This document shows positions 35,881 to 50,800 of a DNA stretch of 64,000 bases, piece by piece. The DNA is taken from NCBI RefSeq assembly GCF_964188315.1, contig NC_135656.1:62806001-62870000 (forward strand), in the 5' to 3' direction. Below the pieces are notes generated by a model, which worked only from the letters and a program-made list of their open reading frames with translations, had not been told where the DNA came from and made no database searches. The first letter of the stretch is position 1. The number at the start of each line of letters is the position of its first letter. Source of the DNA: Podarcis muralis (lineage: Eukaryota). The position numbers were made by a program, and so were the translations under genes.

Positions 35881-38800
35881 CTAGAGGCCTTGCCCTGGTA
35901 TTCCAATGTTTTGAAGTCAAATTAAAAGAGTTATTGAGAGGACAACTGGTTATGAATTTTTATTGGAATTAAAACCAGTTCAACTGGAAATCTATCATGA
36001 AAACATGCCCACTCAATAGGTAATGATCTTTGGTTTATTAACAGCTGCTCAGATTGTTATAGCTAAAAATGGGAAAAGTTCTAGGATCACAACACGTAAG
36101 GAATGGGTAAATAAAATCTGGCATTTAGCACAAGCCAAGCTAACCGAAGTAATGAGATTAAGAGATGGCAGACAACAACAATCTGATTGTTCTTGGCAGT
36201 TAACCATAAGTTGAATTTGGTGCATCGATGCAGGCCAGTAAGATGGCAGACAAACATTTATCATAAAAAGCATTAAAGCCAGAGAGAAAAAGTCAGTGCC
36301 ATAGAGAGACCTAGCTTTCCCTCTAGCAACATGCCTGTTAACATTCTTCCCCTCCGACAAGGCATATGAGAGAAACGCAAAGTTCTCTGGGTGTCGTATT
36401 ATGTGAAATAACTGTCACCTATAAAACTTCATTTGTGCAAGGCATTTGGTACCCTGCTATTACCTTCTGCTCGTACTGCTGCTTCATGGACCGGAAATGA
36501 TGATCCCACTGCTTATTTACCTCCAGCAGCTAGAAGGAAAGGTACAGAGTTATCAAAGGACAGAATCTCAATTCCCTACTGATGTAGCCAAAGCACTATC
36601 TTGCCAGCACTTTCTAGTCTGTCCAGCAACTCTCTTACAGGAATAGCCTCCTTCAGGCTCTGCATAGATTGCCAAACCTGATAGCACCCAAAGCTGGTTG
36701 ACCTTGGGCCTCTCTTGAACAGCAGGAGCAGCTTTCCTGCAATAATAAATGCCTAGCAGCAGACCTGCTGCTGCTTATCGGAGGCAGCAGGAGTGGAGTG
36801 ACAGTGGTAGATTTGGAGCTGAGCAGCAGCGGCACTGGACTGGCTCCATTGCTGCACCAATGCAGCCCCAACCTTGCCACCTCTTCTGGACACATGGCAG
36901 CGATGCTGCTGCCAGGATGCTACTGTTGCAGCTCCATCCCACCTGGCATCTCCAGTTTAAAAAGGTGATGCAATGTGAAAAGGGAAGATCTCAGCAGAAG
37001 ACCCCAGAGAGCCATTGTCAGCAGACAATCCTGGGCTAAACAGAAAAAGGCACCCGACCCTGCTGCTAATGCAGGCTACCATTGTGGGATCACAGTTTAG
37101 ACCACATGACAACATCATGGAGCAGCAGTTCACTCAATATGTCGAGGGTATGAATCAGATCTCAATGTTTCCAAGGAAAGGGGGGGGGGCGGACAGATGT
37201 CAAGTTCCTGGAGATATGGGAAGCACTGTCTATTCCCAACATGAATCGGCCTGACATTTAAGACCGTCTTCAGAGGTCCTCATCAGGCTATCCCTATCTT
37301 CTCAAGTGAGGCAAGTAACTGGCAACAGCGCCTTTTGGGTTGTGGCAGAATGTAGGAAGCCAGACCAATGGTTCACGGAGCTCAGTATAGTCTACACCAG
37401 ACATAGGCAAACTCGGCCCTCCAGCTGTTTTGGGACTACAACTCCCATCATCCCTGACCACTGGTCCTGTTAGCTAGGGATGAGTTGTAGTCCCAAAACA
37501 TCTGGAGGGCCGAGTTTGCCTATGCCTGGTCTACAACGATTGGTCCTCCATGCTTTCAGACAGGGGTCTCTCCTTGCCCTACCTAGAGATGCCAGGGCTT
37601 GAACCCTGCAAGATGTGTGGCTCTTCCCCAGAGAGCCTTGCTTTTGGAATGCCCTTCTCTGGTTCATTTCCAAGGCTTCCCTGCTGCCCACCTCTCCAGG
37701 GGTGAGGGGTGGGAATGAAAGCACTGCTCTTTGCTCTGACACTTTCAACATGATCCAACACTGCCCTGCCTTGTGGTTTGTGGGTTCTCCGCTTGCTGGG
37801 GCAGTATTGTGACTCGTTACAGTTGTGAGTTGCCTCAGGAAATTGTGCATTTAAGGGGCAGGAGATGCAACACTTAAAATAATAAATGTGCCTAGCTCTC
37901 CTCTGGCCTTGGGTCACTTGGGGCAGGCGTCCTGCTTACCTCGTTGCGTTGGTGCTCGAGGATCTTCACTTTCTTCTCACTTGACCCCAACATGCTTTTC
38001 CCCATGGCTTTCTCCTCTGCAGCCCCCTTCTGAAATGTTGACACACAAAAAGGTCATGAGAAGCGGCTAAGCCAATCATAGGAAGCAGCTCGCGATTCAA
38101 GAGCAGCACCCATGCTTCTCCCTCCCAAAGCCAGCATCCAAAGCACTGAACAGTAAGGCCTATTTTCTCCCACAACAACCATGATCCAATATGCATTGGA
38201 AAGGCAAATAACAACCAGGGTGGTTTTACTGTCATGTTTAATGCATGCATGCGGGGGTGGCGGGTGGGGGAGAGGCAGTTCTTAAGCCTTCAAGTGGCTG
38301 GAGCAGGAAGTCCAACAGCCACTCCACTCCAGTTCTGCGCTCTTGAACAGTTATCCTGCAAGATCAGGCCCAGGGTAGCGGGGCAAGATGAACAGACTAT
38401 CTGGTTTTATAGCAGGGCTGGGGAATCTCCAGATGTGGTTGGACTCCAATTCTCCTCATCCCCAGGCAAAATGCCAAGGGTCAGGGATGATGGCAGCTGC
38501 AATTCAACAACTTCTGGAGGGCCTCAGGTTCTCCATCTCTGTTTCATAGGGAAAAGCCTCCCACCTGTTGCAGTCCAGCACATTCTACGCCTTCTGCCTT
38601 GACTCCTTCTTTGCTGCCCATCATCACCATCTTCCTGAGCTCCAGATTCTCACACCTACATTGGGAAGGAATAATATTAGCAAAACGAGCATCAGGGAAG
38701 AGAAATCATTCTTCTGGCTGGAGCTGACCAAAGACATTTTGCCAGCTGAGGCCTGGCAGAGCCCCTCTGCCCCATGGTGTGTGCCAGGGCTGACACTTAC

Positions 38801-41800
38801 TGTAAACGCCACGGTGAACCTGCTCCCAAGTCTTGAAAAGGTTCGCCACAGTGCCCAGCCATGCAGCTGCCAGCAACTGAACCTCAAATGGCACGAGAGT
38901 GTCTGGCAAAAGGGCTCACTTATTCTGACACACTGGCGGGAGTATGTGCAGGGGGCTGCTTGCTTGGCTGCCCCTCTGCCCCCTGAGACAAGTGGCTCAG
39001 TGTTACTTATGATAGGCCTGCCTTAAAAACTCTAGGTTCCTATCTTAAAGGGACTGCAAAGGGAAGCAGGAGACGACTTGGAAAAGGCTTTCTGAGTCTC
39101 CACCCACTTCCCTTTTAAACCTGTGAGATCAGAGCGCAAGGCCAGGCCCACTTGTCAACCATGTGATGTCATAAGGATGGCATGTGATTGACAGGTGGGC
39201 AGCCCCAGCCACCTGTCCTGTTTGGCTTGCCAGGCAGATCCTGCTAAGGCTGCCCTCCCTGGTTACATACCACCAGTTAAGGGTCTTTCAGTGGCAATGA
39301 GGATCTCATTACTCTAAAGTAACATAACCTTTGAAGGGGAAAAAATGAGCCTCTTAGTTCACTTTTATGTTAACAATGGCAGTGTTCAAATCAATACAGC
39401 GTCTACATCCCCATGGAACCTGGTAAAGTTTCTTCTTTACTAAGATCTGCAAGTAAATTAAAAAGAGGACAGTTGCCCCTGAAGTTTGAAATGCAAGACT
39501 TCTATATTTGTTCTGAATTTTTGCTTGGTATGGTGGCTAGATTTTACGGGGAGGTTTTCCTGGTGTCAAAGTCTTTTACATTCTAAAGCTTGCACCCCCT
39601 CAGCAACAGAATGTGATGCAGAACAAGACTTCAGGACAAGATTTCTTTCCTGAGGGCCAGCTCTGCCGTTATAGACCATGATGGAGAACAGCTCAGAGCG
39701 CATGGAAGTCACAATCAGGCAGGTCCTCTAGAGGGCAGCATCTCATCTACGAAGACCAAGCTCTTTTCACTGGAAATATCAAGAAGGTGAAAGCTGAGCT
39801 ATTCAGAGAAGCTTGGGTCTTCCCCAGCCAAAGCAATCAGGACACCAGTGTCTGCTGTCTCTAGGGAACTGCTGGCTGGGTCTTAAAAGGCCAAAGGACT
39901 TCATGATCTTCAGGCTAGGGAAAGGCTGAATCTTTAGCCCTCTGCAGGTGTTTGCCTGAGCCCAGGGGTGTTCAAAGTGTGTGGAGGGGCAGGGGCATGC
40001 ATGCAAATCCTGCTGCATCCATGTTCCCAATTCCACTTGCTCCTTTTAGACCTTCATGGCTTGAAGGAGGCTGCTATGCAGGTTCGACTGAAGGCACTTA
40101 GAGGCCTCTGTGCAAATAGGGAACCAGACTTTATCAGGAATCTCAGTCATGCTTCTAAGTACATTCCGTCCAATGCACTTCAGACGGTTGCACTACATAG
40201 CAACTTGAGGATGGGGCTTGCTCAGACAAACACTTGCAGAGTGTTTTGGGGGATTACTTATTGGGGAAAAAAGGGCAGCACCAAGGTATTAGGGTCTCTT
40301 TCCCAAGGTTCACCCTGTGCCACCCAATGCAAGGAAATTCCCCTTATCCTTCTCTGGGATTTCCCACCACTGTTGTTACTTTTCAGGGAGTGGCTCCACT
40401 CCCTCTGTTCCTTGCTGCAAGGTGGGTTGGACTCCCAGTGCTTGGAATGAACTATTCAGATTAACTAATTTACCAATTTTTTTTTAAAAAAATAAATCTC
40501 CGAATTACACCTGAAAGTAGTTCTGGGTCAACTGAACATGAATTAAATTTCCTTTGCAGTGAAATTTGGGAGATTTTAAAATCATTTTAATTATATATGT
40601 GTGTGCGCACATGTGTTTCATTGCACATAACTCCGTAATCATGGCCACTACATTTGCCATTTTTACCTATCTGAAAAGTGATGCTGCTGTTTAAAGCTTA
40701 AAGATCAGAACTGTTGGGAAAAATAAAATGCTTGCATGTTCTGTTGTTCTTGCAGTGTATTTTATACTTTAGCAGGACAGCTTGCAAAATTCTGAAGGCT
40801 GAAAAATATCTGCCAAGCACCATCACAAGCGAACTGTGAAATGAACTGGAATGGAATTAGGTTTTTTTGCAAGGGATGAACTAGAATTAATTCCTTTTCT
40901 AAAATGAACTTTCTAAGCACCGGTGTTCTCTGCCATAACTGCACTCCCCTCTCAAATCCAGGACTGGAAGTTTCTTTTGGGCTCTTGAATGCTTGCACAG
41001 GGTGGCTGTACAGTTTGATGGGCCTTAAGAAAACTCCCTAGGAGCAGAGCAGGGCAAGGCAAGGGACAGGGGCCAGTTTCCACCAGCTTCAGGCTTCCAA
41101 TATTAACTTCAGTGTCATCACACACAGATACACAATGAAAACGCCTAGATCACTGCTCTGCCCAGCATGACTGTATTCTCCTTTCCCACCTGACATGCCC
41201 TCACCTCAGCTTCTCTGAAACCTGGTTCCTTTGCTCTAGTTCCTTCTCCAACTTTGCCCTCAGCTCCTCATTCTCGTTCCGCAGCTCCTCACACAAGGCC
41301 TGTATAAAAAAAAATGGGGGAGGGGTACAAGAAGCATCAGCAGTGGAAAGAGTTATATCCTATTAGCCAAGGGCCATTTTCTTGGTCATAAATTCACTAA
41401 ACAGCTTCTGGCAATTGGCCACCTGCTCTTGGCTAGCTGTCGATGCTGAAATTTGAATTTCCTAGTCCCCAACCCCATGAACCCTTTTCTCAGATTTCGA
41501 CATGAATGCCAAAGCTATATTCCACCCCGTCTTCCTTGCTATTTATATCCCACCTTTCCTTTAAGGAACTCAGGACAGAGACTTGGTCTCCCCCACCATT
41601 TTATCCTCACAACAACCCTGGGAGCCAGGTTAGGTTGAGAGATGGCCCCTGGTTCAAGCTCATCCAGTGAGGAAAATTTGCACCTACATAGCCTTGGTAT
41701 GACACTGTAACTATTCTGGTTCTCTCTAATGTTGAGGAAAGATGGGAATAAGAAAGCAGGAATTATATCTGCCTATTAAAACTACAGGGCCAAAGTAAAC

Positions 41801-44800
41801 AGGGTATTATTCACGTGGACCTTGGATGACTTTTTTGGGGGGGAACTAATAGTTACTACCTGAGACGCGGGTGGCGCTGTGGGTAAAAGCCTCAGCGCCT
41901 AGGGCTTGCCGATTGAAAGGTCGGCGGTTCGAATCCCCGTGGCGGGGTGTGCTCCCGTTGCTCGGTCCCAGCGCCTGCCAACCTAGCAGTTCGAAAGCAC
42001 CCCCGGGTGCAAGTAGATAAATAGGGACCGCTTACCGGCGGGAAGGTAAACGGTGTTTCCGTGTGCTGCGCTGGCTCGCCAGATGCAGCTTTGTCACGCT
42101 GGCCACGTGACCCGGAAAGTGTCTCCGGACAGCGCTGGCCCCCGGCCTCTTAAGTGAGATGGGCGCACAACCCTAGAGTCTGTCAAGACTGGCCTGTACG
42201 GGCAGGGGTACCTTTACCTTTACCTAATAGTTACTACGGGTATGGGGAGATGGATTGGGATCACAGGAGACTTTAAACCTCTGCCCCATCACGGTTCTGA
42301 TCAGAGGCAGCCCCTGTTGCCCTGCCCTCCACACCTGCTATTCGCAATGGGGTGAAAGTCGCAAACAGTAGGTGCAAAGAATATCAGCCACTTTAGTCAG
42401 GATTAGAGGCAGCCTGTATTTGCACCTCTTTGGGACTGACTGGGACAAAAGGGTTAAAGTCCTCCAGATCCCCATATGACAGTCTCTCTCCCCCCCCCCC
42501 CCCCCGGCCCCAGCATGCTGGTTATTTGTCATGGTGTTTTGTAAACTGTGCAATGCCAAATGACACGGAATAACATCCTGTTCAGTTTGACCCGTAGAAG
42601 GACGCACTTCTGGGCATCACTGCCAGGGAATTTAAAAAAAAAAAAAACGCAATTCTCCTTCCTCTTGAGGACTTCCCTCGTTTAATTTACTGACACAAAG
42701 TATAAATCACCCTTTAAATGGCCAATTGCACAATGGCTTGCCCCAGGGAAAAGTCTTTTAGTGGTGCGTTTATGACCTGAAAGGTTGTGGGGGGTGTCTG
42801 ATGCCTTACTAAGGGTGTGTCATATCCTCAAAGTTTCCCTTCCTAGTTGGAAAGGGATGAAGAGATGACGGAAGAAAAACTAAAGCGAAGCTTCATTCAG
42901 AAATGCCAGTGTTTCCCCCATCGGCAACATTGCGAACGGTGGTCAGGAACCTTTATGAGGCCAACAGTGTGCCAGAGGACTTGAACGCAAAGTCTGGTGG
43001 CAACGTGACTGGAAACACACATATTCAATGGGGCTTAATTGTTGCTATCAGTACAGTAGTGGTTAAAGGTGGAACTGTGATCTAGAAGTTCCCAGTTAAA
43101 GACTCAGCTCAGCTGCAAACACACTGCACAGCTGCTGCTATTTCCCAGGCGTGGTTCAACATCCATCACATGGGAGTGATAATGCTGGCCACATGTTGTT
43201 GTTGTTTTTAAAGGGGGGAGTGAGTGAAAAGAAAGGCAAAGAAATAGCCCTGGAAGGAGAAATTAAAATGTGATAAAATGACAGGGCCAAAACAGCTATG
43301 GGGCTTTTAATATTTCTTGGTTGGTGCAATAGCTGATCTTAAGTTCTTTCTTCTGCTTAAAAAAGGACACTTGACCATTAGGTCCAGTCGTGACCGACTC
43401 TGGGGTTGCGTGCTCATCTCGCTCTATAGGCCGAGGGAGCCGGCGTTTGTCCACAGACAGCTTCCGGGTCATGTGGCCAGCATGACTAAGCCACTTCTGG
43501 CGAACCAGAGCAGCGCACGGAAACACCGTTTACCTTCCCGCCGGAGCAGTACCTATTTATCTACTTGCACTTTGACGTGCTTTCGAACTGCTAGGTTGGC
43601 AGGAGCAGAGACTGAGCAGGGATTCGAACTGTCGACCTTCTGATCGGCAAGTCCTAGGCTCTGTGGTTTAACCCACAGCGCCACCTGAGTCCTTCTGCTT
43701 ACTTGTATCCTGATCTCCTGTTTTGCTTTTATCTGCTGGGGAAACCCAGCCAGACGGGCAGGGTATAAATAATAAAATTATTATTATTATTATTATTATT
43801 TATCTGAAATGTATATTGAGCTTACTTGTACAGTGGTACCTCGCAAGACGAATGCCTTGCAAGACGAAAAACTCGCTCGACGAAAGGGTTTTTGGTTTTT
43901 TGAGTTGCTTCACAAGACGAATTTCCCTATGGGCTTGCTTCGCAAGACGAAAACGTCTTGCAAGTTTGCGGTGTTAACTCATAGCAACTCATGTTGCTGT
44001 ACAGTGGTGCTTCGCAAGACGAAAAATTCGCAGGACGAAAAAACTCGCAGAACGAATTAATTTCGTCTTGCGAGGCACCACTGTACTGAGTTGCACTTTT
44101 GTTGTAATGGATGGGTGTAATGGGTGGAAGGCGTGGGCATGTCTGGTGCCTTGTATTGCTCCAGAAGCAGTACATTGTATAGAATAGAATCATAGAATTG
44201 TAGCGTTGGAAGGGAACCCTGCAATGCCGGAATGATAGCTAAAGAATCCCTGAGAGATGGCCATTCAACCTCTGCTTTAAAACCTCCAATGAAGGACAGT
44301 TCACCATCTTCCAAGGGAGTCAAACAGCTCGTACTGTCAGAAATAAAAATTATTTTTGCGGGAGGAAAGTGTTGTGGGTAGGTGCATCACATTCCTGCCC
44401 CCCGCCACAGTAAGTGCATTTAGGTAGTGATGGGGCACATGGAAGTGTAATGTTTACATGGGAGAAAGGCCAGGCGCATGTGTTTTGGCCACTCATTGGG
44501 ATCTGGGGTGGGGTGGGGGGAGAGAAGAGAAGAGAGGAAGCCAAGACAGTTGTTCATGAAAACCGAAAAGCAAAATGAACTATGCACATCTACCAGCAGC
44601 CTTCGAACCTGAAGGATGGATGTTCTCTGCTCGTTCTTGTGCACCTTGGAGGCCAGCCGGTTGAACTCCAGAGCCATGCGCCCCAGGTGGGCAAAGAGCT
44701 GCGTTTTGTCCGACTCCTCAGCAAAGAGACTCAGCGTGTTCTCCAAGCGCTGGAGGTGCAGCATCAGGTTGCCGTCCTCGTTCTGAAGTGGCTCAATGTC

Positions 44801-47800
44801 CTGCAAAAGATACGGAGGCGCAGAAACATTGTAATCTGGGAGGAGGGCAAATAAGGGCTACGTTTAGGCAGGCTCAGAAAAGCAGCTTGCCATCTTTTCC
44901 TTCCTTCATCCGAGGCCTAGAGTTGGCAACACTTTTGTCTCCGGATGAGTTACTCTGGACTTATTTCAAGAAATACCAGCTACAAAGTAAGCAGGCTGAA
45001 TAGAGTCCCCGTGTTGGGGTTGGCACGGTTTGCTTCTCCTGGATAAGGTATTTTCCCTCTGAAAATCTCACCCTGAAGCTGCCCCTATGCTTCAATGGCA
45101 GAGTGGGGGGTGGACAAGATGGCATGGGAGGGAAGAGGAGACTTCCCCTCCTCACAGTCCCACTCAACTGCCCAGGCAACCTTGTGGTGTTTTTTTCTAA
45201 AACAAAAAACGTAGAAAGCTGCCTTATACCAAGTCAGCCCCCTGGCTGTGTCTCTCCATGACTTCAGGCAGGAGTCTCTGTCAACCCTACTTGGGAGATG
45301 CCAGGAATGAACCTGGGACTTTTTGCATGGAAGCCAAATGCTTTGCCACTGAGCCACAGCCCTTCCCCAAACACTTCAGCTTCTCCAATCCCTTGGTCCT
45401 TTGGGTTGCCGTTGTCTGCAGATCTTCCACTTACAAAATAATAATAAATTCCTCTCTCTTTTTTTAAGGTGGGTTGACCAGGAGTGTGAACAGTACAAAA
45501 CTGCTCTCATTTCATGGTCTAAGTGTTCAACAGCACTCTAAGCATAATTCAATGCCCAACTCCGATTCCTCAAAGGGAACATAAGTTGGGCTAAAACACC
45601 AAGGTCAGTATTTAGTCCTTGAGGCCCAGCATGAGAGATGATTCTAGAGAGATCCAGTGTCTTTCAGGCACTTGCCCTTGTCTGTGGTATTCTGCACTTC
45701 CAGAAGAACTCATTGCATTACCCATGCCCCTTTCACCTTTGCCCTGTCTCTATTATTGCTGAAAATTCCACCTGAAGGCACCTTAGCTGTAAGCAGCAAA
45801 TGGAGCCCGCCCTCCTATTAAGGCGAAGTAAGATTACCGCCTCAGGCGGCAGATGCTAAGAACAGAAGTGGATGACCCCCCTGGCTGTTCTTCTCTTTGA
45901 AGGACAGAGCTGTGTGCTCACTTAATAGTTTAGTGCCTGCTACCCTTAGGCGCAGAGTAGGACATCCCCTCATTGCTGGCACTGAAGAAAAATTCAACTG
46001 CTAGTCCAGTTGTGTATGTGCCATTATCCCTTCACCTCAGACTGCTAAATATTTTAAGGTGACCTTGCCAGTAAAAAAAAAAAAAAAAAGGATTGCCAGA
46101 ACTAGTTTGCTTCCAAGCTTCTAATGCCACCTAAAAGTAGTACCTAAAAATAACCCCCTCTCAGTTTTTTCCCCAGTTGCAACTAATTTAACTTCTAAAG
46201 GACTTTAAACCAATTTGGACCAAGTTCCTGACAGCCGTTTTGGGAGCGCTGAAAAATTCCTTTGACACTTCAACACAGAAAACAGCCAGCATGTAATGTA
46301 GGAGAACTCCAGGGGTGCTTGAACTCTGCAGCAGAAGTCTACAGACTTGGGTCCCCCCCCCTCCCCGCCCTACCACGCACTTTAAGGACAGGAGACTCTG
46401 GCATATCTTCTGAGCTTGATTTGTGGCTGGGCTCCCCAGCACTCAGTTTCAGAGCTCATTTTTCATACTAAATATACGAAGGACGAATGAATGAATGATA
46501 AATAAAGTGTCTCTGATGATGTACTTGGTGTCTTTCCTTCACCACTGAGCAAGGCAGCATGTCTTTGGTCTGTATACTTGGAATTATGGCATGTGGCATC
46601 CTGGGAAGACAGTGCGGTAGCTTACATAAGAAGAGGCTGAATCAAGCCAATGGCCCATCTAGTCCAGCGTCCTGTTCTCACAGTAGCCAACCAGATGCCC
46701 GTGGGAAGCCTGAGCAAAAGAGTACTCTCCCCTCTTAAGGATTCCAGCAACTGGCATTCAGAAATGTTCTGTCTCCCACAAGGAGACTGGAAACAGAGAC
46801 ACTCCTAGGAACCAACTCATCAGACCTGCCTTATACCAAGTCAAATCATTGGTCCCTTTACTTGAGCATTGCCCTCACAGACCGACTGAGGATTTCAGGC
46901 AGGGTTCTCTTCCAGTCCTACCCAGAGATGCCAGGGGTTGAACCTTCTGCATGCAAAGCAGGTGCTTTGGCCCTTCCACAAGCGCAGGCAAAAACTTGAC
47001 AAGCAATGAATAACAACAAAAAGCTGAGCACAACTCTTTACTCTCTAGCAAGTACCTCTGAATAAGGATTCTATTCATTCCATTCTCTGTAATTTCCACA
47101 CTGCTAATGAAGAAAAATAGGGATGCGGGTGGCACCACAGAGCCTAGCACTTGCTGATCAGAAGGTTGGCGGTTCAAATCCCCGCGACGGGGTGAGCTCC
47201 CGTTGCTCAGTCTCTGCTCCTGCCAACCTAGCAGTTCGAAAGCACGTCAAAATGTGCAAGTAGATAAATAAGTACTGCTCCAGCGGGAAGGTAAATGGCG
47301 TTTCCGTGCGCTGCTCTGGTTCGCCAGAAGCAGCTTAGTCATGCTGGCCATATGACCCGGAAGCTGTATGCCGGCTCCCTCGGCCAATAAAGCGAGATGA
47401 GCGCCGCAATCCCAGAGTTGGCTACGACTGGACCTAATGGTCAGGGATCCCTTTACCTTTAATGAAGAAAAACACTCCTGCAACTTGGACCACCACTTCC
47501 ACCTTAACTTCGCTCCCCCTTTCCCCACCTCTCTCACTCCTACCTCTTGCTGTTCAGTTCCAATTGGTTTCGATTCCAAAGTGCTGGCGGCACATGTGTC
47601 CCTCTGTCAGAAGCTCTACAACTGAAATGCACCCGCTTTATACGAGGCCCTGGGTTTATGGCACACCTTCCCTTGACAGGCAGCCGCAGAGCCACACCCT
47701 CCTCCCTGACGTGGTTGAGCTGGGCATAGTGAAGCACTAACCTGGTCTGGGTTGTTATGGCTGATTAGTTACTCGGTTGCCTCGGAGACGAAAGCCACCA

Positions 47801-50800
47801 TTCACAGCCAAGCAATCCAGGTCAGGAAAGGGATGTCACCCTGCGTAGATGTAGCAAGCATGGCCAGATCAGGCTGCATGCCAGCTCAAAGAGTCACCTT
47901 GCAGGCAGCCCATCAGAAAGGAATCCTTGAAGGTAAAAGGCAGGGAAAGAGCAGCTTTCACCCAGGACTCATGAGCTGACTCATCCTCTCCGCCTCTCCG
48001 TGAACATGCCCCTATGAACTTGGTCCACAAAATGAAAAACCCCAGTCTTGCAAGAGACTTTGTCCATCTCTGTTGCTGCTGACTCATAAGGGAAATACAC
48101 ACAGGAATCATAGTGTGTCTTTGGTGCCAGATCTTTATTGCCTCATCTGTTTCTAGTTCAATAGAAGTTACACCAAGGAAGACAACTGTACTCTGGGCAG
48201 GTTCCAACCAGTCTCCCAAAGCAGGGATGGGGAAAACCAGCGCCCTGCAGGTGTTGCTGGAATACGGCTCTCTGACTACACCACGGCCAGTCGTCCCTGC
48301 CCATTGGGTGTACTGGCAAAAGCCTTTTTCAAGAAGCAAAAGACCTTGCACTATCTTACTCTGATGGCAACAGCTATCCCAAATATCTAGGAAAAAGTTT
48401 CAGATGCTACTTGTAGTATCCTAGTTAATATTAAAGCTTCAGTCTCATTTGGGAGCAGTAGCAGTACTGTCAAACCTTGGTTGTTGAGCATAATCTGTTC
48501 CAGAAGCCCGTTTGACTTCCGAAACGTTCGACAACCGAGATGCAGCTTCCGATTGGCTGCAAGAGCTTCCTGCTCTCAAGCAAAAGCCGTGTCGAAAACC
48601 GGAGCATTTACTTCTGGGTTTCCGGTGTTCGGGAGCCGAAATGTTAAAAAACGGAGCCATTCGGGAACCGAGGTTTGACTGTAGTAGAAACTGCTTGTGA
48701 ATCAATCTCCCAGACTGCTCAAGGTCTAGATGCTTTCCCCTTAAGTTCTCTAAAGTTTCTATACTTCCCATCAATTGCTTCTACACCTCCCCATGAATTC
48801 ATTTCAGTAATACCATATTGCACGACAAGCTTGGTGCCATTTTTGCAGTCACAGCTCTTCCGGTTGTATGCACTGGTTTCTGCTTGTGCTTCCTGCTCAC
48901 AAAACCTGGGATACCTTTTACCTTGGGACAGTCAGATCCGGAGAACGTCCAATGGACATTCATAACACAATTTATGCTCAGATTAAACATTATAGATCCA
49001 ATGTAATAACATCACAAGTGGCACAGAACTGCGCAGCCTAAGGCAGACGGTGCACCTTTTGGGGCATCACAACTTTTACCGGTTGTCAGAAGAATTCATA
49101 AAGCTTTGTGATGTACCAGAGTTCACCAGCTGCTGTTTCTGCCAGCAGCCAAGCATGGCTGCCTCTTGAAAGAGAGCCGCTCACAGCCGCCTAACCACAC
49201 CAGCCTGGAGATGTGGCAGGAGCCACATTGGCTGACACAATGCCAACTTATCTGGGGGAAAGGCTCTTTAACTTACTGCAAAGCCTAGGAAGCAGTTACT
49301 ACAGGCAACTAACAGCAAGCCAAGCTGTTGACATTACAACAACCACCCCCATTGTGTGTGCCTTAAATATGCATGGCTGTTTGCCCCACCTAGTTCCTCA
49401 AGCACTGATGCTGGGCCTGTTCCACACCTTCTCCAAATCTTTTTTTTTAAAGGACATACTTTTTATGTAAGAGTTGTTTCTTTTAACCTTCTGTTTCTTG
49501 TGCCTCGCCCATGCTGGCTCAAGAGCAACGCACGAAGGGACTTGTTCTGCGACAGCTTTAAAATAATTGAGTTAGGATTCCCCCTTCGCTCTGCGTAATA
49601 GCCCTAGGAAAGTCATGGGCAAGATCGAGGAGGAGGCACTTGGCTCGGGAACAGAAGTCACTGGCTAGGGAAAGAGGGTCTGATTCTTGCTAAGAAACAG
49701 CTATTTAAAAGTATTTCTCTGGAGGAAGAGTCTCTTTTCTCCCTCATGGTTAGCACTGGTTTGGACAGCAATGTATACCTTCTTCTACCACTGGCCAGAT
49801 CCAATTTCAAGCTGGGTTGATGTGACAGGATGGGGGCAACTCACCACCACAAATGAACAAGGCAAATTGTTTGCGGGCTAATGTTTTAACAAAATATTTT
49901 CATGTATCGATTTATTTATTTATTGAATTTATATACCGCCCTATACCCGGAGGTCTTAGAGTGGTTCACAGAACATAACCAAAATATAAAACCACAATAT
50001 ATATAATCAAGATAAAAAAACCACCACCCCACCCCCATTTTAAAAGGGCATAGGATGTCAATCGAATCAACCAAAGTCTGGTTAAAAAGGAACGTTTTCG
50101 CCTGGCGCCTAAAGGTGTATAATGAAGGCACCAGGCGAACTTCCCTGGGGAGAGCATTCCTATTTAAGAAGATAGGCTTGAGAAGCGAACAGATAGCCAA
50201 ATCCAGAGATATCTGTCAGATCTCCAGAGCAACTTGCTTATGAAGGTGAAGTGAGAGCTCTCATTCACTGCATTAAAAGATTGTAAAACTTTCAGAGAGG
50301 CAGGGGTGCTATTTAAAGCAGGTACTAAAACCACCGCCGACATTACACTGGTTCACGTGACCTAGAAGGATTCGCTAGATTGCTCCAGTCAGTTTCATTT
50401 CATCACTTGGGTTTTTTCCCAGCCCCTTTCCTGAGAAGTGCTGTCTGGATATAAGCGGAGTTCTCTGCCATCCTGTTGGCTGGCTGCCCAAGCCTGTGAG
50501 CCTGCACATCTCACTGAGGAGAAGGAAGTAGCTGGCCACCACACAGCTTTGCATATGTGAGCAAGAAAGGGGGGGGGGAGAGAGAAGCCTCTTGACAGCA
50601 GCACTTTCAGATTACGCTTCTCACTTCTCAGTAGGAGAGTTCCCATCAGCTTGTTCTGGGAAAGAGGCCAAATGAAAAAACTGCGGCACGTGCCTGGTTT
50701 GTGCGGTTACAGCCTCTGTGAGTGGCAGCGCACCAGCGCAAGGAAACTCAGCTGGTGGCCCAAGTCAGGTCCTGAAACAATCACCTATTTAGGGGCAAAC

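Noticed and set aside
38421-38430. NF-kB consensus GGGAATCTCC
   Set aside because: It lies inside a decayed MITE copy and was probably created by a deletion; no independent support.
50353-50361. TCACGTGAC CLEAR/E-box in TNIP1 intron 5
   Set aside because: A single short motif, expected by chance in 64 kb.
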